Of a stretch of DNA of 64,000 nt, positions 26,831-37,162 are shown piece after piece. The DNA is from a virus (taxonomy: Duplodnaviria > Caudoviricetes). Where the stretch lies: positions 1 to 64,000 of the IMG/VR virus record IMGVR_UViG_3300020413_000004. The stretch is one strand, 5' to 3'. Each line of letters opens with the position of its first letter. Within the stretch, counting starts at the first letter, position 1. The notes under the pieces are model-generated. The model was not told the origin of the DNA. It did no database searches and saw only the letters and a list, made by a program, of their open reading frames with translations. The position numbers and the translations under genes were made by a program.

Positions 26831-27363
26831 AACCTTGGGACTTTGAAAAATTTTCTCCTTTACTAGATGAAGTAAATCCAAAAACAATTTGTGAAATAGG
26901 AACACATAAAGGTAATACTGCTGTGCAAATGATTATGTTCCTTGCACCTAAAGTAGAAAGTTTACACTATACAGGATATGATGTTTTTGATTTTGCAAGT
27001 GGCAATCTAGACTTTAATAGAAGAGAGTACAATGGCAAAGGCGGTGTACCTATAAAAGTTGCACAAACTAAAATGGAAAACCTAAAGAAGATACATTCAA
27101 ACTTTGACTATAGATTATATAAAGGTTTTACAAAAACTCTTTTAGATAAGGCGTCTTTTGACTTCGTTTATATTGACGGCGGACACAGTTATGACACAGT
27201 AAAGTTTGATTACGAGCAAGTTAAGGATAGTAAACTTATTGTATTTGATGACGCTAAGAATAAAAATGCAAAGGGTGTATTAACTTTTATGGACGAATTA
27301 TTATCTATAGGAACTAAAATAGAGTTTCAAGATAGATGGGGTATTATACGTAATTACGCATAA
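26827..27363 (+). CDS. class I SAM methyltransferase
   Basis: EIGTHKG; FVYIDGGHSY; IVFDD. Confidence 0.85.
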   Translation: MKPWDFEKFSPLLDEVNPKTICEIGTHKGNTAVQMIMFLAPKVESLHYTGYDVFDFASGNLDFNRREYNGKGGVPIKVAQTKMENLKKIHSNFDYRLYKGFTKTLLDKASFDFVYIDGGHSYDTVKFDYEQVKDSKLIVFDDAKNKNAKGVLTFMDELLSIGTKIEFQDRWGIIRNYA

Positions 27364-28267
27364 ATTTCCAAGCAGTACCATCTGATAGCTCATCAAAATT
27401 CCAATGACACATTGAAATTCTTTGTAACCAAGTATGTATGTTAGGCATGTCAGGATTTTCTAATTTAGACATATCAAAGTTTGCAATCTCTCCGTACATA
27501 CTATATTGTGGATCTGGATCTTTTTGAAATACAGGAACGCCATTAATAAAACTTGCTACTCCTGGACTAGAGTTATAAGTTACAGTCGCCCATGCATTTG
27601 ATAAGTCTTGTTCTATTGTAGTATTATTAGATACAGTGACATTTGGATAATTTAGTTTTAAATATATTGCTGTTTTTTTATCTCCTGGATGTCCTCTAAC
27701 AATAATAGGTCTGTCAGTATATCGTTTTATTTCTTGAATAGTTTCATGACAGAACTGCATTACGTCATAGTTTTTCATGCTCCACCCACCGTTACGTTGT
27801 AAGCATAACAATATGTGATTGCCGTGTTGTCTGTATGGCTTAACAGATATGTTAAGGTGATTCCTAATTTGATCCCATCTGCTTGGATCTATATCTTTAT
27901 CGAAGTAGAATCCTGTCTTTCTAAACACTCCGTCGAAACTATACCTAAGATAGTTTCCTGGTTTGTTTCCTGGTGCTAAGAATAAAAACAAGTTACTGTC
28001 TGCAACAAGAGTTTTTCCGCCTGACATTCTTTGTTTATGTAGTACATCTTTACGCAAACGTAAATGAGGCATGTCTTTACTGAACTCATGTACAAACCCT
28101 TGCATAACAGCTACATTACAGTCCACTACATCCATGCCAAAGTGATTTACTCCCAAGTCACCCTGTGTGTTTACACCTTTAATAAAATTATACAGTATGC
28201 CAGATTTTTCTGGACTTTTATTTACTACCGGTATCCCAGCGTGGTAACTTACCACTTGCATTTTCAT
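27344..28267 (-). CDS. KpsS/KpsC-like glycosyltransferase 2
   Basis: LLCLQR; IIVRGHP; VTYNSSPGVASFINGVPVF. Confidence 0.65.
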   Translation of the reverse strand: MKMQVVSYHAGIPVVNKSPEKSGILYNFIKGVNTQGDLGVNHFGMDVVDCNVAVMQGFVHEFSKDMPHLRLRKDVLHKQRMSGGKTLVADSNLFLFLAPGNKPGNYLRYSFDGVFRKTGFYFDKDIDPSRWDQIRNHLNISVKPYRQHGNHILLCLQRNGGWSMKNYDVMQFCHETIQEIKRYTDRPIIVRGHPGDKKTAIYLKLNYPNVTVSNNTTIEQDLSNAWATVTYNSSPGVASFINGVPVFQKDPDPQYSMYGEIANFDMSKLENPDMPNIHTWLQRISMCHWNFDELSDGTAWKFMRNYV

Positions 28268-29972
28268 TAGCTACTCTCCATGCGTATCCTGATCTTAGTT
28301 CGTGTACATCAAATTGACAATATGCCAAGTGATTAAAAAATGCTTCCATTTCATCTCTAGGCGGTTGTTTAGGATTTTCAATATTTGATATCTCTGTTTC
28401 ACAAACTGTTGATGCCGCATTTTGTCCTAACACAAGTGCTGGTTTGCCTTCCATAAGCGATTCAATAGCCGCTATACTATTGTATGTAACTAAACAATGA
28501 ACATCATCTTGTAGAGCCGCTTGTATTGTTTTTGTGCTTATACGTTCTGTTCTATTTGGTTTAAGCCTAATTTCAATAGGACGATCTGTATGCTTTTTAA
28601 TTTGTTCAACTGTTTGATCTACCCACTGCTGAGGATCTGGTTGTCCAAAAAAGTTCATAACCTTTTGACTCGGAGGACAAAGTAATATCTTTGAACCTGG
28701 TATAAATTTTTTGTATCTGTAACCGTGCTTCTTAGCTCTGTCTCCGCCTCTTCGAACAATTGGACCTAGATATTGTAATGAATTTAAAGTTACCCTGTGT
28801 AACCATTTGTTTTTAAAGTTGCCAAAGTATCCTGTATCAATAGCGTAAAAATCTCTTTTAAGATCCCAACAGCGTTTTATAGCTTTTCTACTTCCGCCGC
28901 CTATACCACGGATAACAAGTGTTGTATCATCATGTATATGATCTGCGTAGGAACTAATAGTTCCGTTACAGCCCATTACGAAGTTTTCAAGTATTGGATC
29001 ATATACGTGACCCTTTCTCTCAAATTGGACTTCGCTTGTATCAATTGCCGCTATCTTTCCCATTTCTTTTTGGACCCTTATTGTTATATCCTCCCAGGTA
29101 TTACCTTCATAATACTTAGCTTGTGGATCTACCATGTAATTCAAAACAGATTCTAATATTTCTTGTTTTGCTTTAGGTACAGCATAAGTCTTAGGAGTTA
29201 GCTTATGCTTTCCATTTATCTCTTTATTTTTAATATATCTTTTTTCTGCTAGATACCAGTCTCCTGAGTATTCACATGTTTCATATTTTTTAAACCAAGG
29301 ACCGCCTTCAGTGTAATGTATAGCTTTAGGACTACCGTCTCTTGGTTCTTGATACCAGCCTACTAGCCAGTTCCATTCATGATGTATTCTTCCTATTTGG
29401 CTATCATCTAGCCAACTAAATCTGTGTAAGTATTTTCCTGTTGTATCCTTATGGTTAACTAGTTCTTTTGTCACTTGTTTGTTTGCAGGGTGTCCACAAT
29501 TCCATAATACGCAACTAGACCAATTTTTCCTTGGATAATGGTGTTGAACTTTACCATCCATCTTTTCACCTTCTTTTGGTTGGTAATCATGTTGTACACA
29601 CATAACAGCATAGTTATCATCGCACTTGTCAAATAAGTTTCTAACATCTTCTCTAAAAATAAAATCACAATCAATAAAGAGTGCCCAACCTTTGAAGTCG
29701 CACATTTCAGGAATTAAAAAACGACTGAAGGTAAATTCAGTTGATCCTAGTGCATCTTGTTCTCTTGTATACAATTCCTTTTGTTCTAACTCTTTTAATT
29801 TTAAAGGTACAATTTCTAAGTTGTTAGGATATTTTGCCGCATGTAGTAAACTTTGTTTACATACCTGGTAAGCTATATCTTCTCTTGAGTCCCATCCTAT
29901 AAAAACTCTTAATGTATCACTATTTCCGTTCAATGTCTTCCTCCACGCAGTTTTCACCGTACTGTATTTCAA
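28218..29972 (-). CDS. fusion of an N-terminal GT-A glycosyltransferase and a C-terminal KpsS/KpsC-like domain (likely TTG start about 29933)
   Basis: IGWDSRE, STEFTFSRF, FIDCD, RKNWSS, HYTEGGPW; C-terminal VTYNSIAAIESLMEGKP. Confidence 0.75.
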   Translation of the reverse strand: MKYSTVKTAWRKTLNGNSDTLRVFIGWDSREDIAYQVCKQSLLHAAKYPNNLEIVPLKLKELEQKELYTREQDALGSTEFTFSRFLIPEMCDFKGWALFIDCDFIFREDVRNLFDKCDDNYAVMCVQHDYQPKEGEKMDGKVQHHYPRKNWSSCVLWNCGHPANKQVTKELVNHKDTTGKYLHRFSWLDDSQIGRIHHEWNWLVGWYQEPRDGSPKAIHYTEGGPWFKKYETCEYSGDWYLAEKRYIKNKEINGKHKLTPKTYAVPKAKQEILESVLNYMVDPQAKYYEGNTWEDITIRVQKEMGKIAAIDTSEVQFERKGHVYDPILENFVMGCNGTISSYADHIHDDTTLVIRGIGGGSRKAIKRCWDLKRDFYAIDTGYFGNFKNKWLHRVTLNSLQYLGPIVRRGGDRAKKHGYRYKKFIPGSKILLCPPSQKVMNFFGQPDPQQWVDQTVEQIKKHTDRPIEIRLKPNRTERISTKTIQAALQDDVHCLVTYNSIAAIESLMEGKPALVLGQNAASTVCETEISNIENPKQPPRDEMEAFFNHLAYCQFDVHELRSGYAWRVANENASGKLPRWDTGSK

Positions 29973-30678
29973 CGACTTTTAATGGTTTATCTGTCTCGTT
30001 TGCTAACATATGCCATTGCTTTCTTTGTATATGTAATGACTTGTGCTTATGATATGTTTCTTTAGTAATATCAGAAGATACATCTAATCCGTAGACAGAT
30101 GCAACTCCTTCAGACACAAACCAATGTTCTGCTCTTTGTTCATGCCTTTGCATACTTAATTTTTTTCCTGGGTCAACTGTTAGCTCTTTGACTTTTACAT
30201 TTGGGCCGTACTGATGTAAAACTCTATAGTATCCCCATTGTCTTTCTGTCTTTGGTTCCTTCCATTCCTGCAATATCCAACTTGATGAATTTGCTTTTGT
30301 ATCACCTCCAACACCGTATACAAAATTTACCTTATCATGATATGTATCATACTCAGGAACGTTGCCGTCGACTCTGTCTCCACCGTTGGCAAATACAATT
30401 TCTACACCTGGCTTTGTCGCTAGGGTTTTGTATATTGCTCCACATGCTGTATCGTCACTATCATCAAAACTAATAACTTCATCTACTACACTAAGTTCGT
30501 TGATTATCTCAATACGTTCGTTAAATGGCATAAATGGTTTACCTTTCTTACGTGTAAGCCATTCATCACTATTAAGTCCTACAATAAGTTTATCACCTAA
30601 ACTTTTTGCGGCTTTGAAATAAGCTATATGTCCTGAATGTAAAGGATCGAATCCACCTGTAACCAATACGACTATCAT
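29920..30678 (-). CDS. cytidylyltransferase fused to a mannose-6-phosphate-isomerase-type cupin
   Basis: TGGFDPLHSGH, ANGGD, NSSS; RQWG, LSMQRHEQRAEHW, EIQYG. Confidence 0.85.
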   Translation of the reverse strand: MIVVLVTGGFDPLHSGHIAYFKAAKSLGDKLIVGLNSDEWLTRKKGKPFMPFNERIEIINELSVVDEVISFDDSDDTACGAIYKTLATKPGVEIVFANGGDRVDGNVPEYDTYHDKVNFVYGVGGDTKANSSSWILQEWKEPKTERQWGYYRVLHQYGPNVKVKELTVDPGKKLSMQRHEQRAEHWFVSEGVASVYGLDVSSDITKETYHKHKSLHIQRKQWHMLANETDKPLKVVEIQYGENCVEEDIERK

Positions 30679-30703
30679 GTAGATATTTATGTGCGTATAT
30701 AAC

Positions 30704-31186
30704 TTACCTTTTAAAACAGGCTATGTGTAGATGTCTACCTTTTGGTGATTTTAATCTTGTAATGTCTCTAAATTTATGTGCGTGTAGTAGTTGAGATAGT
30801 GTATCAAAGTTATAACCGCTTTTATGTGTATCCCATGTATCATCAAACTCTCCACGTTGCCAGCCGTAAAATCCTGCCTGTGCATGTGTTAGATCTGATT
30901 TAGCTATCCACTGTTTTATATGAAAGTCTAGATTAGGTAAAATCATTTCCATTTTACCTCCGGTCTTTAAAATTTTATACCACTTGCTTAAAACAACCTT
31001 GCCTTGAGCGAATGTTAAATGTTCAAAAAAATGCCTAGAAAATATTTCATCTACAGTATTTTTTTTTATTTGCTTATCTATATCCCAAGCAGGACATACA
31101 AAATCTACACCAGGTACATTTCTTACATCACAAGTTTTAAACTCAGGATGCCTAGGAGTTTCCCCACAACCAAATTCTATTTTCAT
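30704..31186 (-). CDS. SAM methyltransferase-like protein
   Basis: EFGCG; SRHFFEH; LKTGG. Confidence 0.75.
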   Translation of the reverse strand: MKIEFGCGETPRHPEFKTCDVRNVPGVDFVCPAWDIDKQIKKNTVDEIFSRHFFEHLTFAQGKVVLSKWYKILKTGGKMEMILPNLDFHIKQWIAKSDLTHAQAGFYGWQRGEFDDTWDTHKSGYNFDTLSQLLHAHKFRDITRLKSPKGRHLHIACFKR

Positions 31187-32118
31187 ATTTTATAAAGTGG
31201 TTTTAAATGAAACCACGGATCTCCTCTTGCTATTTCTTCTTCAGTCCATTGACAGTATCCTAAATTAGCTAACCATTGATCTCTAGTAAAATACAATGGT
31301 GATTCTAAAAGTTCTAAATGTTTATTCGAAACTTCCCATGCCATGCTACTAGGACACATACTAAAAGTAGGAATACCTTCGCATACACTTTCTGTAAGTG
31401 CATTAGAATTAAAACCTACAACTACTTTTGCATCTTTAAAATCTGCGTATAATCCGTCTCCGCCTTCGCCGCCTCCATGCACTTTTACTCCTTGCATGTT
31501 ACTACTTATCTCTAAGTTTTTTACATTAATATTGTTAAGTATTTCTTCTTGTCTATCTCTTCTTGCAGGATGTAATCGTACACGTATTTTTCTGTCAGTA
31601 TGATTTGTAATTTCTTTTACAATTGATGTAATAAAGTTCTCATATGTTTTATATTTTAAAAGCAAGTTTTTTAAACTGCTATCTCCAGGACGTTGCATAA
31701 TAAGTAAAACATACTCTCCATCTTTTTTCCAATCTTTTATATCAATATTTTGTTCTTTTTGAATACGCAACCATCTATCATTTGGACAGTTATGGTTGTT
31801 GTAATTTCCTTCATCTCTAAAATAACTAGTCCAACTGTACCTGTGATATGCTTTTGGGTTTGGTGGAGCAACCATATTTCGTCGAAACACAGCTGACTCA
31901 GTAACTAAAAAAGGTTTGCCTGTGTCTAAGATATATTGATAGTGTTTTTTAAACTTTTTACGCTTTTGTTCTATAATATTATTCTGTATGTAAATATTTG
32001 CTGATTGGATAGTTTCCTTATCATCCCACGGCACAATTTTAAAATTAGGCAAATTAGGTATAGGATGATTCCTATACATTTCTTTTATGCCAACTATCAA
32101 TGGTTCAGATATTGCCAT
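31183..32118 (-). CDS. KpsS/KpsC-like glycosyltransferase 4
   Basis: LIMQRPGDSS (QxxxD); VRLHP; VGFNSNALTESVCEGIP. Confidence 0.65.
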   Translation of the reverse strand: MAISEPLIVGIKEMYRNHPIPNLPNFKIVPWDDKETIQSANIYIQNNIIEQKRKKFKKHYQYILDTGKPFLVTESAVFRRNMVAPPNPKAYHRYSWTSYFRDEGNYNNHNCPNDRWLRIQKEQNIDIKDWKKDGEYVLLIMQRPGDSSLKNLLLKYKTYENFITSIVKEITNHTDRKIRVRLHPARRDRQEEILNNINVKNLEISSNMQGVKVHGGGEGGDGLYADFKDAKVVVGFNSNALTESVCEGIPTFSMCPSSMAWEVSNKHLELLESPLYFTRDQWLANLGYCQWTEEEIARGDPWFHLKPLYKI

Positions 32119-32710
32119 TTATAAAATACATTCCTGTTTTCTGTACATATCTATGTTGCTTTTTTGTAGGAGGCATACCGTTATTTTTCATACCCATAGT
32201 TGAAACAATTCTTAATTCTCTAGTAAGGTCTGAATGAAAATTAAATCCATATTTACGCATAATTTTTTTCCAGTAGTGCCTATCCCTACAGTTTACATGA
32301 TGATGTCCTGGTGTTCCTGCAGGTGCATAGGTCATTACAATATTTCTACATTTTTGGAAAGCCTGTATATAATTTGGTATATATTGTTCATATACATGTT
32401 CAACAAACTCAACACACCATCCTATATCGTAAAGTCCAGTTACAGGCGCAGGTCCAGTTGTAAAGTCGTGTATTAGAAAACTTGTAGGATCATGTCTAGT
32501 TACAGTATGGTCACCGTCGATACCTAATGCCTTCAACTTGTGTTGTTCAGCTAACTGTACCATTCCGCCTGGACCACATCCTATATCTAAAAAACTTCTA
32601 TGGTTTAAAACATTACTAAACCACTCCATTGCACCTCTATCTTTATGTGTCTTATCTGCATGTCCTCCTAGATGTATAGGAATGTTTGGATTGATTCTCC
32701 CTTTAGCCAT
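32105..32710 (-). CDS. class I SAM methyltransferase
   Basis: LDIGCGPG; CVEFVEHV; GHHHVN. Confidence 0.8.
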   Translation of the reverse strand: MAKGRINPNIPIHLGGHADKTHKDRGAMEWFSNVLNHRSFLDIGCGPGGMVQLAEQHKLKALGIDGDHTVTRHDPTSFLIHDFTTGPAPVTGLYDIGWCVEFVEHVYEQYIPNYIQAFQKCRNIVMTYAPAGTPGHHHVNCRDRHYWKKIMRKYGFNFHSDLTRELRIVSTMGMKNNGMPPTKKQHRYVQKTGMYFINGNI

Positions 32711-33572
32711 TTAGTTGTCTTTCTAATTTGTATTGATCGTAACACATATCTTGTATACTCTTTGTAAGTAAAACTCTATTTGAAAGTTTATCAACTATAT
32801 TTACTACAGAGTCGCCTGGTCTTCTAGGTGATACGATTCTTATTATTTTTTGTCCTGTAACGTTTTCCATTGCATCTAGCACTTCGTTGACAGTATATCC
32901 TTCTTTTGATCCTAAACATTCATATGGAGTATTTGCAGGTCCTATCTTTATTGCATTTACTATTGCATCAGCAACATCTATGACATGTATATAATCTCTG
33001 ATACACGTTCCGTCTCTAGTGTCATAGTCGTCTCCATATACTTTGACATGATTGGTTTTGCCCGATGCGGCCATTGCGGCTACTCTAATAAGATGAGTTG
33101 CTGGTCCAACTTGTTTATTAATACCGTCTGTACCACTTACATTAAAAAAACGGAAAATAGTATGACTGTTTGCTTTCTCTTTAATAATATCCTCAGCACC
33201 TACTTTGCTTCTTGCATATGGCGATGCCATTGCAAATGCACTACTTGAGCTGGCAAATATAAAATGATCTGTGTCTATGTTTTCAAGTAGGTTTAATGTG
33301 CCTAGTGTATTAACTCTGTAATATTCTGAAGGAGTTTTTAAACTTAATGGTACAACACTTCTTCCTGCTAAATGCATAACTGCATCAAATTCTCCATGCA
33401 AGTTATTTGATGTTATATCTGCAAGTACAAATTCATCTACGTAATTTTGTATGTCGTTATGTATTCCATGTATGTTAATATCACAACCTACTACATAATG
33501 ACCGTGTTCTTTTAATGCTTTACAAAGATGGCTTCCTATGTATCCTGTTGCTCCTGTAACTAATGTTTTCAT
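32703..33572 (-). CDS. galE: UDP-glucose 4-epimerase (extended SDR)
   Basis: TGATGYIGSH, YARSK, FRFFNV, DGTCIRDYIHV. Confidence 0.85.
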   Translation of the reverse strand: MKTLVTGATGYIGSHLCKALKEHGHYVVGCDINIHGIHNDIQNYVDEFVLADITSNNLHGEFDAVMHLAGRSVVPLSLKTPSEYYRVNTLGTLNLLENIDTDHFIFASSSSAFAMASPYARSKVGAEDIIKEKANSHTIFRFFNVSGTDGINKQVGPATHLIRVAAMAASGKTNHVKVYGDDYDTRDGTCIRDYIHVIDVADAIVNAIKIGPANTPYECLGSKEGYTVNEVLDAMENVTGQKIIRIVSPRRPGDSVVNIVDKLSNRVLLTKSIQDMCYDQYKLERQLNG

Positions 33573-34219
33573 TGTATCTGTTGTACTGTTTGATTATAGA
33601 TTTTTAGATATTTGTCTTTTGTTTTTTGTGCTCCTTTTAAAGTAAGGAATACACTCTGATGTCCATTTTTTCCTATGCTCATCCAGTAGTGTTTTGGATA
33701 CTGTTCTATATAGGCATACTTTTTACTAAGCTCTTCTAACACTATTTGATCGTGAAAAGGTGCCCAATCATTTATTGGAGTTTCTAATAATTTATTTGCA
33801 AGGTCTTGTCTGAACTGTTTATTACCAAATGTAACTAATCCTGCTAACCAATGAAAGTCTTTAAGGTGTCGTAACATTGTAATTTTATTTGCTATGTTTA
33901 CAAATTTTTCGGGTGTAGTTTCTCTAGTGCAAATAGTGTCAGCATCTAAAGTCATTACATAGTCCTGATTGTTAAACTTTTCTGCAACCTTTAAAAATCT
34001 TACACTCTGTAAATATCCTATTCTTATAGTTTCATTTGCAAAACTACGTTTTTCAGTAGTATACTTAACACCTTCAATTTTTCTATATTTTTTTGGATTT
34101 ACAATGTGTACGTGACAAGTTAGCCACGGATTGAAATGCTTAAGACTTAATAGTAAGTTTATAGCCCAGTCGTTATAGTAATTTTGATCACATCCAATTA
34201 AAACATTATAATGTTGCAT
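33569..34219 (-). CDS. GT-A glycosyltransferase-like protein
   Basis: LDAD (DxD); AG motif; DQ; LKG. Confidence 0.6.
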   Translation of the reverse strand: MQHYNVLIGCDQNYYNDWAINLLLSLKHFNPWLTCHVHIVNPKKYRKIEGVKYTTEKRSFANETIRIGYLQSVRFLKVAEKFNNQDYVMTLDADTICTRETTPEKFVNIANKITMLRHLKDFHWLAGLVTFGNKQFRQDLANKLLETPINDWAPFHDQIVLEELSKKYAYIEQYPKHYWMSIGKNGHQSVFLTLKGAQKTKDKYLKIYNQTVQQIQ

Positions 34220-34661
34220 CTTCCATGCCTGCTACCCTTAACTTTACTATATTAGTTATCTGCCATTGTTTCTGGTCCAGTGCTTTTAAGACTCCTAGCC
34301 ATTTATTTCGTAGCAGGGCAAATTCATTAATTATTTTTTCATAATCAACAACATCAGCTTCACCGTCAACGTACTTTTCTACATCTCTACTTGATAATGC
34401 ACGTTGATAGTTTTCTAAATATTTTTTAAAAAAACCACTACGCAGTCTACGTAGTTCAATATTCATGTAATGTAGTATTGCTTCTATTTCTTGTAACTGA
34501 TTAAATCTCTGTTCAACAAGGCCTGGCATAGCGGCAGAAGCTTTCTCTACATTGCCTGCTAGTTTAACTTCTTTACGAGCGTCAACTAGCTCTGACTCAT
34601 AGTGTGCGATTGCTTCTGGTATCTTACTTATATTTCTAGATACTTCGCTATACCATCCCAT
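34206..34661 (-). CDS. uvsY: recombination mediator UvsY
   Basis: KYVDGE; KQWQITNIVKLR; next to UvsX. Confidence 0.8.
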   Translation of the reverse strand: MGWYSEVSRNISKIPEAIAHYESELVDARKEVKLAGNVEKASAAMPGLVEQRFNQLQEIEAILHYMNIELRRLRSGFFKKYLENYQRALSSRDVEKYVDGEADVVDYEKIINEFALLRNKWLGVLKALDQKQWQITNIVKLRVAGMEDATL

Positions 34662-34894
34662 TAATAATCCTCACCGTACTCGTCTTCCTCAGTATAGTCT
34701 GTGTCTAAGTCGAGATAGTAAGTAATCGCTTCGTCTAGTATGTTACAACTACCTAATGCGCCTCTAAACTGTTCGTCGTCTGCTCCAAAGTCTGCACAAA
34801 CTTCTATATACCGTTCAGCAGTAACGTCTACTTGCTTTTTATCAACAGCATCTTTAAAGACAGTCCAGATGTCAACAATCTGTTGTTCGTCCAT
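34661..34894 (-). CDS. small acidic hypothetical protein
   Basis: ORF between uvsX and uvsY. Confidence 0.7.
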   Translation of the reverse strand: MDEQQIVDIWTVFKDAVDKKQVDVTAERYIEVCADFGADDEQFRGALGSCNILDEAITYYLDLDTDYTEEDEYGEDY

Positions 34895-34897
34895 TGG

Positions 34898-35968
34898 TTA
34901 AATCTCCTCTTCTTGCTTTGGGGTATTTACCAATTTCTCCTCAAGTTGCTCGACTAATTTGTTACCGTCGGTATCTTTCATTACAAGATCTAACATCGCA
35001 CCATCCCAGTTTTTCCTATACTCTTTATGTTCAACTCCGTTAGGATCAGTATACTTTAATCTATTACCGTCCTTAACTAAAATGCCTTGTTTCTCAAACA
35101 AGTCAACAAGACCACTATAAGGATTCATTCCAGTTTCATAAGGAATCTTAACCTGCACACCTTCAAAAGGTTTTGCATAACGTGTTTTCATTACCTTACA
35201 ACCAGCACGAATACCTCTTACGTCAGTAACTTTGTTACCATCTTCGTCTTCTTTTAGTTTTAACTTCTTCATTGCAACAACAATACTTGATGCATAGATA
35301 AAGCCTTGACCACCTGATATCTTGTCATCAGGATCAAACATATCCTGTGACGCATATGTGTGGTTAGTACATACTAGTCCTACATTATGTGAACCAATCA
35401 TGTTAACTGTGTTACGAACAAGTGAGGTAAGTGCCTTTGGCTTTCTACCCATATCGCCCTTCATATCACCTTTGTTAAATTGATCAACATCTGTAGGTGT
35501 TAATAACATACCTAAACTGTCAATAACAAATAGTACTTTAGGTCTATCTTCTTCTGGCATGTCTCTGTAGTCTGACATAAACGTACTAATAGTTTTAGCA
35601 ACGTCATCAATCATGGACATGTTTAGTTTAAGTAGCTTATCTTCACCTGTATCAACTTTTAGTGCATGTAGCCATTTTTCGTCAAGTGCATTTTCACTAT
35701 CAATCAATACAACAAATATTCCTTGATCTTGTGCCGCTTTTACAATGTTACCTGCACAGATGTAACTTTTACCTGCGCCTGATTCTCCTGCAAAAACAGT
35801 TACCTTACCCATTGGCACACCTTTATGAAAGTCGCCACTAATAAGATAGTTGAGTGCATAATTACCTGTGCTAATCCAATCAGTAGGATCGTTAAATCCT
35901 GCACTCATGCCTGTAATAGACTTGGTTAACGCAGTTCTAAATTTGCTTGGGTCAAATGCCTTCGCCAT
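34898..35968 (-). CDS. uvsX: RecA-like recombinase UvsX
   Basis: GESGAGKS, DSE, IDSLG, TNH, SGG. Confidence 0.92.
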   Translation of the reverse strand: MAKAFDPSKFRTALTKSITGMSAGFNDPTDWISTGNYALNYLISGDFHKGVPMGKVTVFAGESGAGKSYICAGNIVKAAQDQGIFVVLIDSENALDEKWLHALKVDTGEDKLLKLNMSMIDDVAKTISTFMSDYRDMPEEDRPKVLFVIDSLGMLLTPTDVDQFNKGDMKGDMGRKPKALTSLVRNTVNMIGSHNVGLVCTNHTYASQDMFDPDDKISGGQGFIYASSIVVAMKKLKLKEDEDGNKVTDVRGIRAGCKVMKTRYAKPFEGVQVKIPYETGMNPYSGLVDLFEKQGILVKDGNRLKYTDPNGVEHKEYRKNWDGAMLDLVMKDTDGNKLVEQLEEKLVNTPKQEEEI

Positions 35969-35985
35969 ATATTTTTCTCCTAAGT

Positions 35986-36020
35986 TAATAGGGTGTTACA
36001 CTTATGCAACACCCTTAGCT
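35986..36020 (-). terminator. hairpin between gp32 and uvsX
   Basis: AGGGTGTTAC...GCAACACCCT inverted repeat. Confidence 0.5.
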
Positions 36021-36024
36021 ATTT

Positions 36025-37038
36025 TTATTGGTTTTGCCTTGATCTAATCATTGCAAGAATATCCGAAGCATTACCTTCAGCTTTTGTATCTTCTACAGGT
36101 GCTTCAGCTTTAGGAGCTTCTGCAACTGTTTCTACAGGTGCTTCAGGAGTTACAGATTCTGTAACAGGTGTTTCGGATTTTACTTCAGGAGCAGTCATTG
36201 ACGTTGCAGTACCGTTCCTTGAAGCCTTGTTTGGATCACCAGTTCTAGCACTCATGCCAGCTGGACGGAAGTATTGTGCGAATTTCTCCTCATCATATGC
36301 TTCACCGTCAACTGATGCTTCAAACATCTCTTGCATGACTTTCAGCTCAACCTCTGCAGGCTTTTTAGGAAGGAAGTCACTTAAATTGAATAGTCCATTT
36401 GTATTGACTGCTGACATTTCAGAGTCTGATAATGGACGCTCTCTACGAGCCCAATTAGACGTGCTATAATCAGCATATCCACCTTTAGATGTTTTGTTTA
36501 ATCTAAAGTCGACACCAGCAGTATAATCTGTTGGTAGTTCTTCCATATCAGGATCCATAAGAGCCTGTTTAATAATTTGAAAGATTTGTGGACCAATTAT
36601 AAATCTACGGATAGGATTTTCTGGAGTAGTATCTTCAGAAAGTGGGTTTTCAGTTACGAACCCTTGGAAAAGGTAAGAACGCTTTTTCCAATATTTACGA
36701 CCCATGTCTTCAAGACTCGGATCTTTAAACCAACCACGTACTTCATTTAGAATGTTACAAGTTTCACCATACATTTCCATACATGGAATTTGTACCTGTA
36801 CAGGTCTAGAATCAGTTTGACCTTTTACTCCACTAAATGGAAGTTTGATCATCAAACGTTCTTTCCAGAAGAAAGTGTTCGAATCATCTCCATCAGGAAG
36901 GAATCGCAGTACTCCGCTTTCGCCTTCTCTAATATTCCAAAATGGGTAAATTGCGTTGTCGCCGCCGCCGGTATTTGAACCACCTTGTCGTGATTCTTGC
37001 TCTTTGAGCTTTGCTCTTATTTCAGCTAATGATGCCAT
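36025..37038 (-). CDS. single-stranded DNA-binding protein (T4 gp32)
   Basis: LRFLPD; DFRLNK; YADYSTS; acidic/Ala-rich tail; AGGAGG RBS; promoter at 37106-37134. Confidence 0.88.
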   Translation of the reverse strand: MASLAEIRAKLKEQESRQGGSNTGGGDNAIYPFWNIREGESGVLRFLPDGDDSNTFFWKERLMIKLPFSGVKGQTDSRPVQVQIPCMEMYGETCNILNEVRGWFKDPSLEDMGRKYWKKRSYLFQGFVTENPLSEDTTPENPIRRFIIGPQIFQIIKQALMDPDMEELPTDYTAGVDFRLNKTSKGGYADYSTSNWARRERPLSDSEMSAVNTNGLFNLSDFLPKKPAEVELKVMQEMFEASVDGEAYDEEKFAQYFRPAGMSARTGDPNKASRNGTATSMTAPEVKSETPVTESVTPEAPVETVAEAPKAEAPVEDTKAEGNASDILAMIRSRQNQ

Positions 37039-37162
37039 AATATGCCTCCTTTTATTGTTGCCTATAGCGTTTTGTGCCTTGCTGTGTAGCACGTTTATAT
37101 TATATATACTACACTTTTATATAGCAGAAGTCAACCTCTTTCTGCTAAATTCTTGAAATTAT

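Noticed and set aside
25092-34219. DNA hypermodification (T4-type glucosylation) cluster
   Set aside because: No dCMP hydroxymethylase or base-modifying enzyme in the window; the motifs fit surface-glycan enzymes better, although this is not fully excluded
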